The position numbers were made by a program, and so were the translations under genes. Source: Vicugna vicugna (Eukaryota). Taken from it: DNA of 48,584 nucleotides. How positions within the stretch are numbered: position 1 is the stretch's first letter; each line of letters opens with the position of its first letter. Positions 24,125-36,097 of the stretch are shown here, piece by piece. The DNA lies in assembly GCA_013265495.1 (NCBI GenBank), contig MU058259.1:390437-439020 (forward strand), given 5' to 3'. Below the pieces are notes generated by a model. That model was given only the letters and a program-made list of their open reading frames with translations. It made no database searches and was not told the origin of the DNA.

Positions 24125-25849
24125 AAGTAGCCAGCTGAGTTCACCAAAACTCAAGAGCCTCCCCTTCCTTACCACGTCTACCACTACTGGTAGCCGTGAG
24201 GTTTCCACCATGGCCATGGCATTGCACTAGTATGGTGTGCTTGGGGGTGCAGTCCTTTGAGAGCACCTAACCTCTGCACAGAAACCTGGTAAGACAAAAA
24301 CCAGAGTTGCAGAAGGTAGCCAGTTTAGTAATAGGGCCCTGTGAGGACAATTCCAGATACTGCTAAAATCTCTGGACCCGGGAGCCACATACTCATCTGG
24401 TTCCTGGTGTATGAATGACAAGTGTTTGTTGATTGAGTCTCTAAAGGAATGAAGAATTGACTTGCATTCACTTCCTCTCTTAGATCTGAGGGCTTAAAGG
24501 TTGAGGCCAGTCCTATCCCCTTTTTGAACATCAAGTACCTTTTAATGGAGCCTGCAAATGTGGTCACAATTGTAGGCTCTTGTCTCTGTGGAGAGAGATC
24601 AAGATAAGTAAAAAGGTTCCTCCCCCAATTGGTATCTGAAACCTCTCAATTAGAGTTTCATTTCTTTGTCTATAACGTTATCACTGACTGAATTAAGTTG
24701 ATTATACCAATAAAGGAAACATAATTCTTGAACCTATGAGTCATAGACCTCAGTGAGAATGAGTTTATCAGCTTCATTCTGGAAAACCTAATTCTGAGAG
24801 AGGAAACCCAATTCTCACTGCCCGAGAAGTGGTGAGAGGTGGGCAAAAATAAAGATCAGGCACCAAAAGAAGATAAATGTATGTTGTTTTCTAGGACTGG
24901 CAGCTCAAGTCACAGTGAACGTGCTTGGTGGTTTTTAAAGCATGGGACAAGCTTTCCCCAAAAATGGATCACCTCCCTTATGTATCTCTAGTGCTGGTAA
25001 ACAATTTCTGGTTTTCCCCACGCCCTCCTACTGGGAAGCTCCAGTCCCGCCCCACCCTCTACCACACATCCTGAAACCAAGCTGTGGTGGCTCAGCAGTG
25101 CCCCCTGTGGCCAGCTGAATAAAGCGCATTCTGTGTTTCCCCCACAGCTTTCCTCAGTTTCTCTGTTTCATCTCTTCCAGCTCCACAACCTCCTTCTCAT
25201 TTGGACCTGCCCATACTTTTTAATCTCTCCCCACCCACCACTGCGTTATTTCCTTCAACTGTTGCCTAGTAATCTCAGGAAATTCCTCTGCTTTCTCTCT
25301 CTCCCTCTTGTCCTTACCCTCTTCCACCCCTCCCTTGTTTTCGTTCATCTTGTGAGTTAGAAAATGCCCCTAATTTTTCAGGTAAGTATGAGAAGAGAGC
25401 TACTTAGGCCCTTGTGTCAAGGAGAAGGTAAGCGATAGGATCTGAAGTGCAATTATGAATCACCTTGCAAGTGCTTCTGAGTTCATATTCAAGGTACAAA
25501 AGGCTCTGGCCACCTCTTCTTTCTCCCCTAGCCTCTCAGCCTGAATGCGAAATAGATTTTTGTATTTATTGAATTGTTTTCCCATTGTCTTTCATTTCAG
25601 TGTTGTTTTCTATTTTCACTGCAAATATTCAATATTTCGGCTATGTTGGGGGTTAAATGAATTTTTGTGGAAACCTCACCATCAGATGTAACCTTAATTC
25701 TATGGTAAATGCCTTCCCAGTTCCTAGCAGCTGATTTTAAAATGAACCTTTGGACAAACAGGGTTTTAACTCAGGAACTGACTGTACAAACCCATTGGGA
25801 GCAATTTTAATGCTACTTAAGATGCTGAGAGGGAATATAGGCAGTGGAT

Positions 25850-25965
25850 CTGATGATAATAATGACAGTGATACTGGTGACAACATGACAGCAATGATGA
25901 TGTGATAATGGCTGTGACAATGACAATGGTGATGACGATGGTGATGGTAGTGACCATGGTGACAT
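25850..25965. repeat. Degenerate (GAT/GAC/GGT)n low-complexity tract at the MIR tail
   Basis: gatgataataatgacagtgat...gatgacgatggtgatgg. Confidence 0.8.
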
Positions 25966-26200
25966 TAGCCATGTTTTATTGAGCACTTCCTACATGCCAG
26001 GCACTGTGCCAAGTACTTCACATTGATTATTTCCTTTCATTCTTACAACCACCCCACATCTTTTTTAATCTCCATTTTGCACAGAGAGAAACTGAGGCTT
26101 GGGACTAACCTGCCCAAGGTCATATGGCTATCAAAATTAGGTGGAGCTACAGTTTGAACCTCGGCCTGTCTGAATTCCAAGTTTGTACTTCTGACCACTC
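25966..26200 (-). mobile_element. MIR (near full-length)
   Basis: ttattgagcacttcctacatgccaggcactgtgcc...ccattttgcacagagagaaactgaggct...tgcccaaggtcat...tttgaacc. Confidence 0.9.
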
Positions 26201-28091
26201 TTAGAGCAGTGCCCAGGGTGAGGCTGGCACTGTTTCCATGCCGAGAGTTCGTGAAGGGCTCACATGCATTAGGAGAAAGGGAAAATCTGAACTCCAGTCC
26301 TTTGCACTTCATGAGTCTGCACCCCTTCCTTCCAGCGACCCTTCAGAGGGTCTATTTCTGGCATACTAGTCTCTGGAAAATGTCCTGCTAATGACACGGG
26401 ATTATAAACAGTCCTTTTCCCAGAACAAAAATTTAACCTTTGTATCTCAATCTAATTAGAAGTATTTTCTCTTTCAGGGGCAGGTTTTCCCCACTTTGTT
26501 CCTTATTTAAGAGGCTTCTTTATTGCCAGGGGGAAAAAAATCTCCAAAAGCCATAGCTTTTTAAGATGATAGACCCTGGCCCGAGATCTTGAATGTGACT
26601 TGTGCACCTGCACAAGGTGGCCACTCCAGCAGCACTGGAGCGTGTTCAGGGCCCTGTGTGTCCAGCTGAAGGCTATGGGGCCTTGGCTGAATGCAGAGAC
26701 AGTCATTGGCTCTAACAGCCCACTGTCCAGGTGAGTGTCCCCTGCCACCAGCAGCAGCTCTTGATGATTTTCTCCAGTGATTCCAAGGTGTGCCTTTCAA
26801 CTTCCATGGGGTTTGCCAAGACTTGAGGAGAGCACTTTTTTCCTCTTAGTTTCAGGGGAAGCCTTCCCTGGAAAATAAGCATTTCTTCTCTACCTTAGAG
26901 AGGTCCTCACACTAACATCTCTTCCCACTGCTGTCTGGGGACCGGCATCCTCCTTGTAGAGACTTACTCCTTTACCTCTGCAAGAACTGTGGGCCTTGAA
27001 GGAGCTCAGTTAGAAGCAGATCACCCTGGGAGAGTAGTGATTGGTTAGGACTTGGGGAATCAAGCCAAGAGAGAAGGCACCGAAAAAACAGCTTCAGGAT
27101 GGAGGAATAGGAAATGCGTGCCTGGCACCCAATAGGTGCTCAGATTGTTTCTGAAAGAATAAATAAATGAATGGACATGAACCTAGTTTCCTGTTCTGGC
27201 CCTGCACCCAGTTCTGCAGCCCAAGGGCTGCCATAGGTCCTTTGCAGGAAGGCTAGAGGTAATTGGGTGTCTCAGAGGAGATCGGAAATGCTAAGGCATC
27301 TGACACTCTCCTCCTGGGCCAGAAAGGAGGCAGGGCCACCCCATGGTGCCCTACCAGCCAGACCCCCAGATCCCTCTTGTGCTCTGGTGGAGCCCTGCCA
27401 CTGATAGAAATCCAGGCCCGTGAGCTGCTGGCTCTGGTTGTGAAGTTGTCCCTGTGCTCTTTGGATTTGTCCAGCTGTAATAGTTCTCTTTTCCACCAGT
27501 TGTTTACTTGGCAAGGCCCAACCCTAACCTGAGACCCTGCAGACACCACATTGTAAGTCCCTTTGGTACATGATGGGTTCCTCACCAGCACTGTGGTGTC
27601 TTCAACCCACAGACACTGCCCTGCTCCGGAAAGTTGAGTCCCAAGAGAGAGAAACCCTGCTCTGACTGAAGCTGAAGAGGTCTTACCATCTCCCCTCCAT
27701 TCAGCCTTCACTTCTCCCTTAGTCTGGTTTAAAGATGAACCAGAACTCACTCACACTATGGCCTTTGGAAGGGAGGGTAGGGAGGGGGGGGTCTTCTCAG
27801 TGGTCAGGGAAGTGGCCCAGAAAGACCCCTCCCAGTTCCACCCTTCCCCAACCCCTTTGTGTCCTTTCCTTCTTCCGTCAGATTCTCTTGAATGCCCACA
27901 CCTCCCCATCCTTCGGGGCCTGGAGCAATTCCTAGAAGGCCAGGTCTGACTCCTTCCTGGCAGGCACCACTCACTTCTGGGAGGCCTGACTTAACTTACC
28001 CTCAACATGAGAGGGGCAGTACCGCACGTTCTAGAAGGGGAAACTGAGTCCCAGATACATAAAATGACTTTCCTACAGTCACGAAGGGCTG

Positions 28092-28093
<2 letters not shown>

Positions 28094-28127
<34 letters not shown>

Positions 28128-28149
28128 CCGCGCGCACGCGCGTGTGTGT
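28094..28149. repeat. (TG)n plus (CG)n alternating purine-pyrimidine tract
   Basis: About 16 TG units, then ccc gcgcgcacgcgcgtgtgtgt. Confidence 0.95.
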
Positions 28150-28172
28150 CTTGTGTCTTGAATCTCATCTCT

Positions 28173-28288
28173 CTTTTTTTCGTGAGGAGAGGTAATTAGG
28201 TTTGTTTATTTATTTTTAGAGGAGGTACTAGGGATTGAACCCAGGACCTCACGCATGCTAAGCATGGGATCTGCCACTTGAGCTCATC
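28173..28288 (-). mobile_element. Camelid-type tRNA-derived SINE (Vic-1-like) with 17-bp target-site duplication
   Basis: The minus strand reads gagctcaagtggcagatcccatgcttagcatgcgtgaggtcctgggttcaatccctagtacctcctctaaaaataaataaacaaacctaattacc...aaaaaaa (A box, B box, A-rich tail). Flanks are tcttgaatctcatctct (28156-28172) and tcttgaatcccatctct (28289-28305). Confidence 0.88.
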
Positions 28289-28714
28289 TCTTGAATCCCA
28301 TCTCTTACTTCCATTTCAATAACTTATCTATTAGATATCATGGACTCAAGATTTATATCATCTTTTTTATCAGGCTCCTCACCCATCAAACTCTATTTGA
28401 CATTTTGATGGTTGAATAGGACCATCCCACATACTTCAGTGTTGTATGCTGGTTATGGGATAGAGGCGTAGCAAGGGACCCCTTAGACTCAAGTGAGATG
28501 TGAACCCAAAGCAATGGGTGAGGGACTGTGCTTTTGAAGGAGCACAGGTCTGGGAGTCCTGCAGCTACAACCTCTGAGCCTCCCTCAACCTCTGAACCTC
28601 AGCTTCCTACTCTACAAAATGGGAGGGGTGGGCTGCCCCGAGGACCCCAAGACTTGTTCAGGCAGGGGGACCCTTGGCAGTCTCGCTGGTCCTTGGGAGT
28701 TTTGTCTCTCCTGC

Positions 28715-28940
28715 TGAGTTGCAACTTTTTCATGCATGCACTCCTATCAGAAAAAAAGAAAGAACTGAACATCCCCTCAACATACACACATCATTAAATT
28801 ATATATGTCTTTCTGTATTTATTACATATGCTGTAAAATAGAAAAATGGGAATTAAAAGGATGAGATAGTGAAATGAACATAAATAAGTTTTATGACGAC
28901 CTTACCTGCTCCCGGGGAAGACCTTAGAGAACCCTGGTGT
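28715..28940 (-). mobile_element. hAT-Charlie MITE (Charlie15-like)
   Basis: tgcactcctatcag...aaaatagaaaaatgggaattaaaaggatgagata...tagagaaccctg. Confidence 0.5.
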
Positions 28941-29869
28941 CAGTGGCCAGTTTACGATGCTGGGGCTCAGTGCTTCCTCTGCCTGATTCACCCCTTTCTC
29001 CCGTTTTCCACCAATATCAAATCACAGCAAAGCTAAGATTTGCACTCTGTCCTCTCTGGCCAGTTCCCCACAGCCACTGCCCATCTTCACAGACGTGAGA
29101 TTCTCTTGTAAACTGCATGGCCACCCCTGTTTTAATAAATTAACTAACATTTTGGGGAACTCATTCCCAAAGCTAACTTGAGTAAGTCATAGTCCTTTTG
29201 GAGGGCTGGGTAGATCTCTGCATGTAAAAGGCAATCAGCTGTAAGCCAAGCGACTATTTTGTGTATTCTCCGTATCTTAGCCAATTTGGGAATACATTCA
29301 TGTGGTAATTATGTTCACAGCTTCAGTAGAAAGGCCCTGTGCTGATGTTTAAAGCTCAGAAAATTTAATCACTGGGGCAAGTAATTGACAATTATTACAC
29401 CCTATGGGGAGAGCAAAACCATTTTTTACCCAGTTGGAATTACTTCTTAGATATTTAGTGCATATCAGGTCCTGAATGGTGAAACCATATCCACATTGTA
29501 TTAAAGGATGAAAATTATGCTTTGCTCATTTAACTCATAGTAAGTGGCTGATGCTTTTTATACAGGATTAGGTCGATCAGTGAGAGTGTAGTTTAAGTGC
29601 TGGATCGAAAGCAGAAAATAGACTCAGACTACTGTGCAGTCGGAAGGGGGCAGGTTGCTTTACAGAGGTGTCTGGGAAGTCAGCCTTGCAAGAGAGAGAG
29701 ACATCTCACTCTTCCCCAGGGGCGGGGGAACCTGGGAGACACTGTCAGGACCAGGGCGGAAGTTGAGGGAATTCGGGGCTTGATGGCTTTAGTCTTTTCT
29801 GTGAAGAAAGAAGCAAGATCAGCCACTAGGAAGGTTGGCTGAAGGTAAGCTGCCTCGTTATCTGGCCTT

Positions 29870-30220
29870 TGAATTAACGCCATTCTGACTGCGCAGTAGA
29901 ATCACCTACGGAATTTTTAAAAACCACAGTGCCCTGGTTGCACCCCACACCAATTAAGTCAGAGTCTTGGTAGGGGGACCCAGGCATTGGTCTTTTTTTT
30001 TCAAAGCTCTCAAGTGATAATAAGTTTGAGAACCAGTGCTAAGCCAGCACTTGTCAGACTTGAACGTGCAGACAAATCATCCCAGGAGCTTGTCGAGGTG
30101 CAGGTTCTGATTCAGGAGGCCTGGGTGGGGCCTGAGACTCTGCATTTTTAGCAAGCTCCTTGGTGATGATGCTGCTGCCCCAAGGACATGGACGATCCAA
30201 CTCTGACTTGAAAAACTGAT
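29870..30220. mobile_element. Two adjacent MER5-family MITEs (about 29870-30037 and 30045-30220)
   Basis: First copy tagaatcacct...gtttgagaaccagtg; second copy ttctgattcaggaggcctgggtggggcctgagactctgcatttttagcaagctcc. Confidence 0.8.
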
Positions 30221-31529
30221 GGCTGCCGACAGGCTCCATAAGGACCAAGGTTGTCAGTATCTTACAATGGGAAAACACACAGGATCAGGATATATTTTTA
30301 GAAAATGAATATCTTAGAGGAAGAGGTTTCTCTTGATAAAAAGAATCTAGATGAGGCTGATTTCAGGGGGAAAGGAGAGCAGGTCACATCTGCAGGCTGT
30401 TGGGGCTGAAGGGGGCATCCCCGGGACTGGGGCCAGGGGACTCCAGAACTGCCCGTCCTAGAGCATCCGGGTCCTGGAGGTGGAAGTTGCCCAGTGCAGC
30501 CCCGACCACTAAGACTGCTTCCCCTGGGGCTGAGCTCACTTTCCTGGGAGCTTCACAATCTTCCACACAGGCAGTAGCCCCTGGCTTGAGTAGCTACGAG
30601 GTAACCCCTGTCCAGCATACCCAGGAACCCAGTTCTCAAGCATTTCCTCAGGGGTGCTTGGCACTGTGGACCAGGGGCCTTGTGATCATCCTGAGAGTTT
30701 TTTTCTGAGGTGAAAATGCTCTCAATTCACAATATAAAATCAAGCCTCTCCCTAGGTGATATAGGCCTCCAAGGGGGGCTCCCAGCATGCCCCAGGGCTT
30801 TTGTCCAAATTCCCAGCTCAGAAACCAGGCTCTGCCTGACGTGGTCTCAGGACCCTGTACTGGGTCAGGGTGGGGTTCACAGTCACATTCTGGACTTCCT
30901 TCAGTTGGAGTTGCTGCAGGCTCTTCAGGGGTCCACATGGAATCCTTTAGGATGTGGCTGAGAGTATTAGGTTATTTGTGAATGTGTGTGTTAAATGCCC
31001 ACAACAAGGAAATAGATGGATTACGACCTTCAGAATAGTCTAAATTATCTAAGTGGTTAAGTGTTTTCATTTTTTGAAATTGAGCCATAAATGAATCCTC
31101 ATTATAATAAGTGTCACTCTATATGGAGGCCCATAGGGTAAATTGAGTGCTTTGTGCACGCTCCGGAAGCAGGAAGCCTGAGGGGCAGGCCCAGCTTGCC
31201 GGGACACCCAGCAGGGCGCAGAGGTGGGGCAGGTCACTGCCTGACTGCCTGGGAGTCAGGCCTCAGGTCGGCCTCTTCACGAATGTGAGTCCTTGTAAGA
31301 AAAACAGCACACATGCCACTTTGCTTTGGTTTACTTTTTCTGAGTGTGTCAGAGAAACTCATTCACAGGTCACCCCCGTCAGACTCTTCACTGTCCACAA
31401 GGTGCTTTCTCATCTACTGTCTCGTCATGAGGGTCTCGCACTGGCCAGTGAAGGTGGGTGGCCGCCATCTTACCCTCCAGGGCTCCTGTGGGCCTGACTC
31501 TGTGCTCTTTCCACAGTGAGAGTGTGGTG

Positions 31530-31670
31530 GCCTCTGTGGTAACTGGCCTCAGGCGAGTTTTAGTCAGTCTTTCTGGGTTGCAGTTTCCTCATCTGTAAAG
31601 GAGGTCGGGAAGATGCTAGAGGTGTAAGCTTTAATGCCCCTGCCAGCCTTGACTTACTATGATTCTGTAA
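31530..31670 (+). mobile_element. MIR
   Basis: cagtttcctcatctgtaaag...ctatgattctg. Confidence 0.7.
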
Positions 31671-31734
31671 ATGATAGGCTTATGACAAGAGGCTAAGTAT
31701 GTGAACGCTAGGCCCAGAGAGGCCTAGATACTCG

Positions 31735-32030
31735 TTCGTGTACTCCTTCATTCTGAAAGGATTTACCGAACACCTGCTATTCACCAGGTACGGATGTGAA
31801 GATGAGGAAGTGAGACAGTACCTCCCTCCTGGAGAAACAAGGAAATAGGCGATGCCAGTCGGAGGGGGAGGGTCCGGACTGGACAAGGGTAAGTGGAGGT
31901 CCTATGGGAGCTCAGTGGGTTTGGGCGGGATCTCAGAGGATGAGACCCTAGAGTCTCACAGGTGGGCAGGAGTTGGCCAGGTGAAGGCAGAGGCCCGAGA
32001 GGGCTCCAAGCTGAGGGGCAGGCCCTAGGG
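31735..32030 (-). mobile_element. L2 fragment
   Basis: ttcattc...atttaccgaacacctgcta...ccctccctcctggaga...ggagttggccaggtgaag. Confidence 0.55.
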
Positions 32031-33494
32031 ATAGCCTGCCTCTGGTATACTTAGATCTTCATGAGAGTTAGACAGAGGGTTCAGGTGACAATTCTGTGAC
32101 CCAGCTGGTCTCTGAGCCCAACTACTGCCCTGACAGTCCCTGCCCACCTCCCCATCTGCCCTGGGCACTGAAGCTTTTCCCCAGAGTCTTCATCTGAGGG
32201 GCACGTAGGCTACACTGGGGTTGGCCCCAGCCCCCAGCCTCTAGCCCCAGCAGCTGGCCAAGGGCCAAGAGAGGGAGAGTGTACAGCAGCCTGCAGATCC
32301 TGATGGTCCACTCCCCATCACTCCCCATCCAGTTTTACCCCCAGGGATAATGGATGCGGGTAGAATAGATGGCTGACCTCATTTGCATCCATTGCAAACA
32401 GTGTTTTGAAAAACCAAACTAAAGATTCCCTGCCACCTCTGAAGTAGTGGTGCCCCCTTTGCTTGAGCTTTAGTTGGTGGCCCCTGTGACACTCCTTGAC
32501 TTGAAGAGTTCCCCCGCGCGCATCTCCTCTGTATTAATCAGCGAGGAGGACCAGCTTCCGTCTTCTCTCCAGTCATTATCAGGCTTCACAGCTTGTCCTT
32601 GGGGACAGACTTGCCCTCTGAACCCTTATCTCAGGAGTTGGTTGTTATTCTCAGGGCGTCGCGGGGGCTTCCAGCCCAGGCTCCTGTGGCAGTGACGCCC
32701 CCTCTGCCTGCACTGTTGCGCGCCGGCCCCCAAACTGCTGAGCCAGAGTGGAGGACGAGCAGAGAGGAAGAGGGCAAGAAGCTGCCAGACGGTGCGTGAG
32801 GAAGGCAGGGCCCCTGCTCCCTTCCCCGGTTCCCCAGTGTAGCCCAGGGCCCCACGTGGAACCCGATGGGGAACAGGTACTCAGTCCACCGTGGGGAAAA
32901 CGCAAGCCTCATCTCAGCAGACCAGTGGCTCTCAAGGGAAGGGACTGGGGCTACTCACTGGGCCAACTTTGGCCGAGTCATCAGGCAGGTCCAAAGCTGT
33001 CATATGGGAGGAGGCAAAAGTGAGATCTTGGCCCTTGGCCCCTGAGATGCCATACACAGCTCACCCCCACCTGCAGCCTGGCCTGGCCTGCAGCCCATCT
33101 GGCCCCGGCCCTGTTCCCCTGGAACTCATGGGTGATGACGTGCCTTCCTACCCGCGTGACATCTACCTCTGAGCCCTCCAGTAACAGAACCATAGCTGCT
33201 TGGGGCTACACTCTCTGAGACAGAACTCTGGTGACCCTTCAGTTCCTCCCAGGCAAGAGGGAGAGAGGAGGGCCCTGGGGGAGAAGAGAAGGAGCAAACA
33301 GTTCCGTAATCTTCTGGAAAGGACCTGGCTACCAGTTGAAAGACCTCTGCTGCTCACATCCTCTCTAGTGCACAGCTCTGCGCTGATGGAGAGGATCTAC
33401 CGGTCAGTTTTGCCAGGAGACAGAATGTATGGTGAGTGTGGCCCTTACAGCTCCCAATAGGAGAAGGAACCTGTGGTTGACCCTAAACTCACAT

Positions 33495-33695
33495 CTCAGC
33501 CTCAGTGGACCCTTCAGCTAGTTACCTAACCTTCCTTATGGAATCAATTTTCTTATCAAGAAAATGGGCACAACTATAGGACCCCTCTCGTAGGATTGTT
33601 CTGAGGACTGAGGGAAGTAATATATGGAAGGTTCTCAGCATTCTCAGCAGAGGGCCTGGCACGTAGCAAATGCTTAGTAAATTTTAGTTCCTGCT
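33495..33695 (+). mobile_element. MIR
   Basis: agttacctaacctt...aaaatgggc...taggattgttctgaggact...gcctggcacgtagcaaatgcttagtaaat. Confidence 0.8.
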
Positions 33696-34299
33696 ATCTG
33701 TGGGAGGACCAGGGGCCTGTGGGAGGCACCTGACCTGGCAAGGTTGCTTCCTCAGACTCTGAGCAGGAAGGTTCTGGAGGATTCACAGTCCTAGAACCAG
33801 GGCCAGGCAGGGAGTGGAGTGAGGTTTCGCAGGAAATGGTGAGAGCCAGCACCCGAGCTGAAGGTGTGTGCCAAGAACAGGCAGAGGAGGTGTTGAGAAG
33901 TTTGCCTTCTTGCCCTCGGAGGGAGGGTTAGGGAGGCAGAGGAGCAGGGAAGCTGCCACATCTGGAAGGGCAGACAGTGTAGCCCATTAGGAGAAAGCAG
34001 CTTCCCGGCTGGATAATCCCCAAGCCACAGGAAGCACGGAACCTGATTTCTCCCAGTGACTGGCCTCGCAGACCATCAGAAGCCATGTCTGCTGTTGTCC
34101 TTGTCCTCACCGGCCCCACCTGAGCTTCCCTTCAGCCTTTTGTCACCCTGCCCTGACAGTTCTGGCCACTGTGAGGGACAGGGTGGACCGTGCTGGAGGA
34201 GACCATCACAGGACTGCACATGGGTGGCCGGCAGAGCTCTGTCCCACCAATGCTGATGCCTCCCCTGGTTTCACTGCAAGGCCTTTTTATGCTAGCCAG

Positions 34300-34470
34300 T
34301 CTGTCCAATCAAGGACATGTGCCCCACTAGACTGTAATTCCCATGGAAGCAGGAGCCTGGTCTGTGTCACTTATGACATCTCCAGCCGCCTACGAAGCCT
34401 CAGCATGCAGTAGGCATTCAGCAAATTGGTTGGATGAATGAATGAATGCACGGAGGAATGAATGAATGGT
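34300..34470 (+). mobile_element. L2 3' terminus
   Basis: ccccactagactgtaattcccatggaagcagg...cagtaggcattcagcaaatt...gaatgaatgaatg. Confidence 0.85.
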
Positions 34471-36080
34471 ATATTGGAGGCATGGCATTTTTTGAGCTGA
34501 ATCAGGGAGCACTTCTCAGGAAAAATGCAAGCCCTTCCCTGGGGCGAGCCTCCTCAGCCTCCTTGGGGGCAGACTGCCTCCCTCCTCTGCCCCAAGGGCA
34601 TCACTGGCCACCCTGCTGGGCCACCTCATGGTTTGGTTTCCTATCCCTAGGGAGCCAGGCTCTGGAGCTGGGCCACAGAGGCTCTGCAGTGTGCCCTGCC
34701 AAAGGGCATCACTCCAATCCTTCTCCATAAAGTTATTTGCACAGCATCCTTCCCTTTGCCCTCCCTTCCTCCTGCTTCAGAGAAACTCCTTGTTCTGTGC
34801 ATTTGACACGTTTTGATTGGAAACATCATGGAGTTGTTCATTTGTTAAAGCTGCCTTCCCGTAGTGAGGCCTCATGCTTGCTTCTAACCCCATGGTGTGC
34901 TGGGCCACCTCTCTGGCTTGTTTTGGAGGTTGTGTTGGTCATTTAAAGGTGAGGAGAGGAGGACGAGTTGACCACAGGACAGAACTCTAGATAGCTCAGA
35001 CAGGTGAGGGCAAGAATCAGAGTTGCCCAAGGCCTGCCCAGCAAGACTGCAGATTATTGAATTATTATTGAGCCCAACCAGACTCCAAGGCTGCACAGAT
35101 CCCTGAGTTAGACATGGTGCCTGCCTTCTCCATGGTAACAAGGCTAAATATGGACGTGTTTCCATGGAGAGCCATACTGCAGCTGCAGCCCCACTTCCTC
35201 CAGGAAGCACCCACACTGGGCTCCTTTCGCATCTCAGGAGGTGGCCAGAGGTGCCACAGACATCAAGAAAGCATATCTTACCTTTGAGGATGTTTGTTTC
35301 CAACAAGGGTTCCATTTCCCTCGGCCTGGAATCATCAACATCCCCTCCTCTTGACAGCGAGAAGTTAGGAGAGGTCATGGGTCAGACGGATGAGTCGATG
35401 AGGGAAAGTGATGCTGGACCCGATGAGCGTTTGTGCAAGTTAGCCCATCTTCCTCGTGCTCTGCGGAGTGGCCTCACCTGTTACAGGAGGAAAGGGGTGT
35501 CTTTGGTTAGAGGGAGACAACTGTAATGACCCTGTGTAAATATACTGCTGTCCCTCTCATCGGACCTCTTTTGGAAGAATGATTGCTGCTATAGGGAGTT
35601 TTTTAAATGCTTTCCATAATTGGGGTGGCCCCCTTCCAATTTCCTAGAGTATTCTAATGTGACAGGGTGCTATATTTTTCTTTAAGGAAAGTAAGTCTTT
35701 GCTGCTCATTTGAATTTGAATCCATCAAATCTCTGCATATCTTAAGTGTCCGGTAGAGCCACGTGGGGTGAAACTTTGTGTCTGTTGAAGGTTAAACATA
35801 TAGCTGAGTATTCGGCTTCAAAATACTCTGTTTAACCTCACTTGGCTATTTAGTCATTACATCATCTGTGTTTATAGTTTAATCGTCTGTTAAATTGGGG
35901 CCGTCCATGCACAGCTGATCATATGGGTGTGTTCGTATATATTAGGAAATATTTATAACATGTATGTATACACAGAGAGATGGGTGTGCTCCCCAGTTAA
36001 CTAAGATACGGAAACTGAGAAAGATGTGGAGAGAGTTCTTGAGGCTATTATAAGTAGTCTCTGAAGGAAGAGTCATATTG

Positions 36081-36097
36081 TGTGTTCTGTGTTGCAG
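36081..36097 (+). other. RAI2: 3' splice acceptor of the RAI2 coding exon (exon starts 36098)
   Basis: tgtgttctgtgttgcag|GCTGAG; there is no ATG between the acceptor and 36122. Confidence 0.88.

Larger units (their letters stand above)
1..36097 (+). other. RAI2: Intronic sequence of RAI2 (long 5'-UTR intron, possibly with minor cassette exons)
   Basis: Repeat-rich non-coding DNA ending in the acceptor. Mammalian RAI2 is known to have a distant non-coding first exon. Confidence 0.7.

Noticed and set aside
28205..28288. Possible tRNA gene on the minus strand
   Set aside because: The A and B boxes belong to a SINE head, which has an A-rich tail, a TSD and no intact acceptor stem.
30862..30879. 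GGGTCA-n6-GGTTCA as a retinoic acid response element
   Set aside because: The spacing is 6 nt, not DR1, DR2 or DR5.
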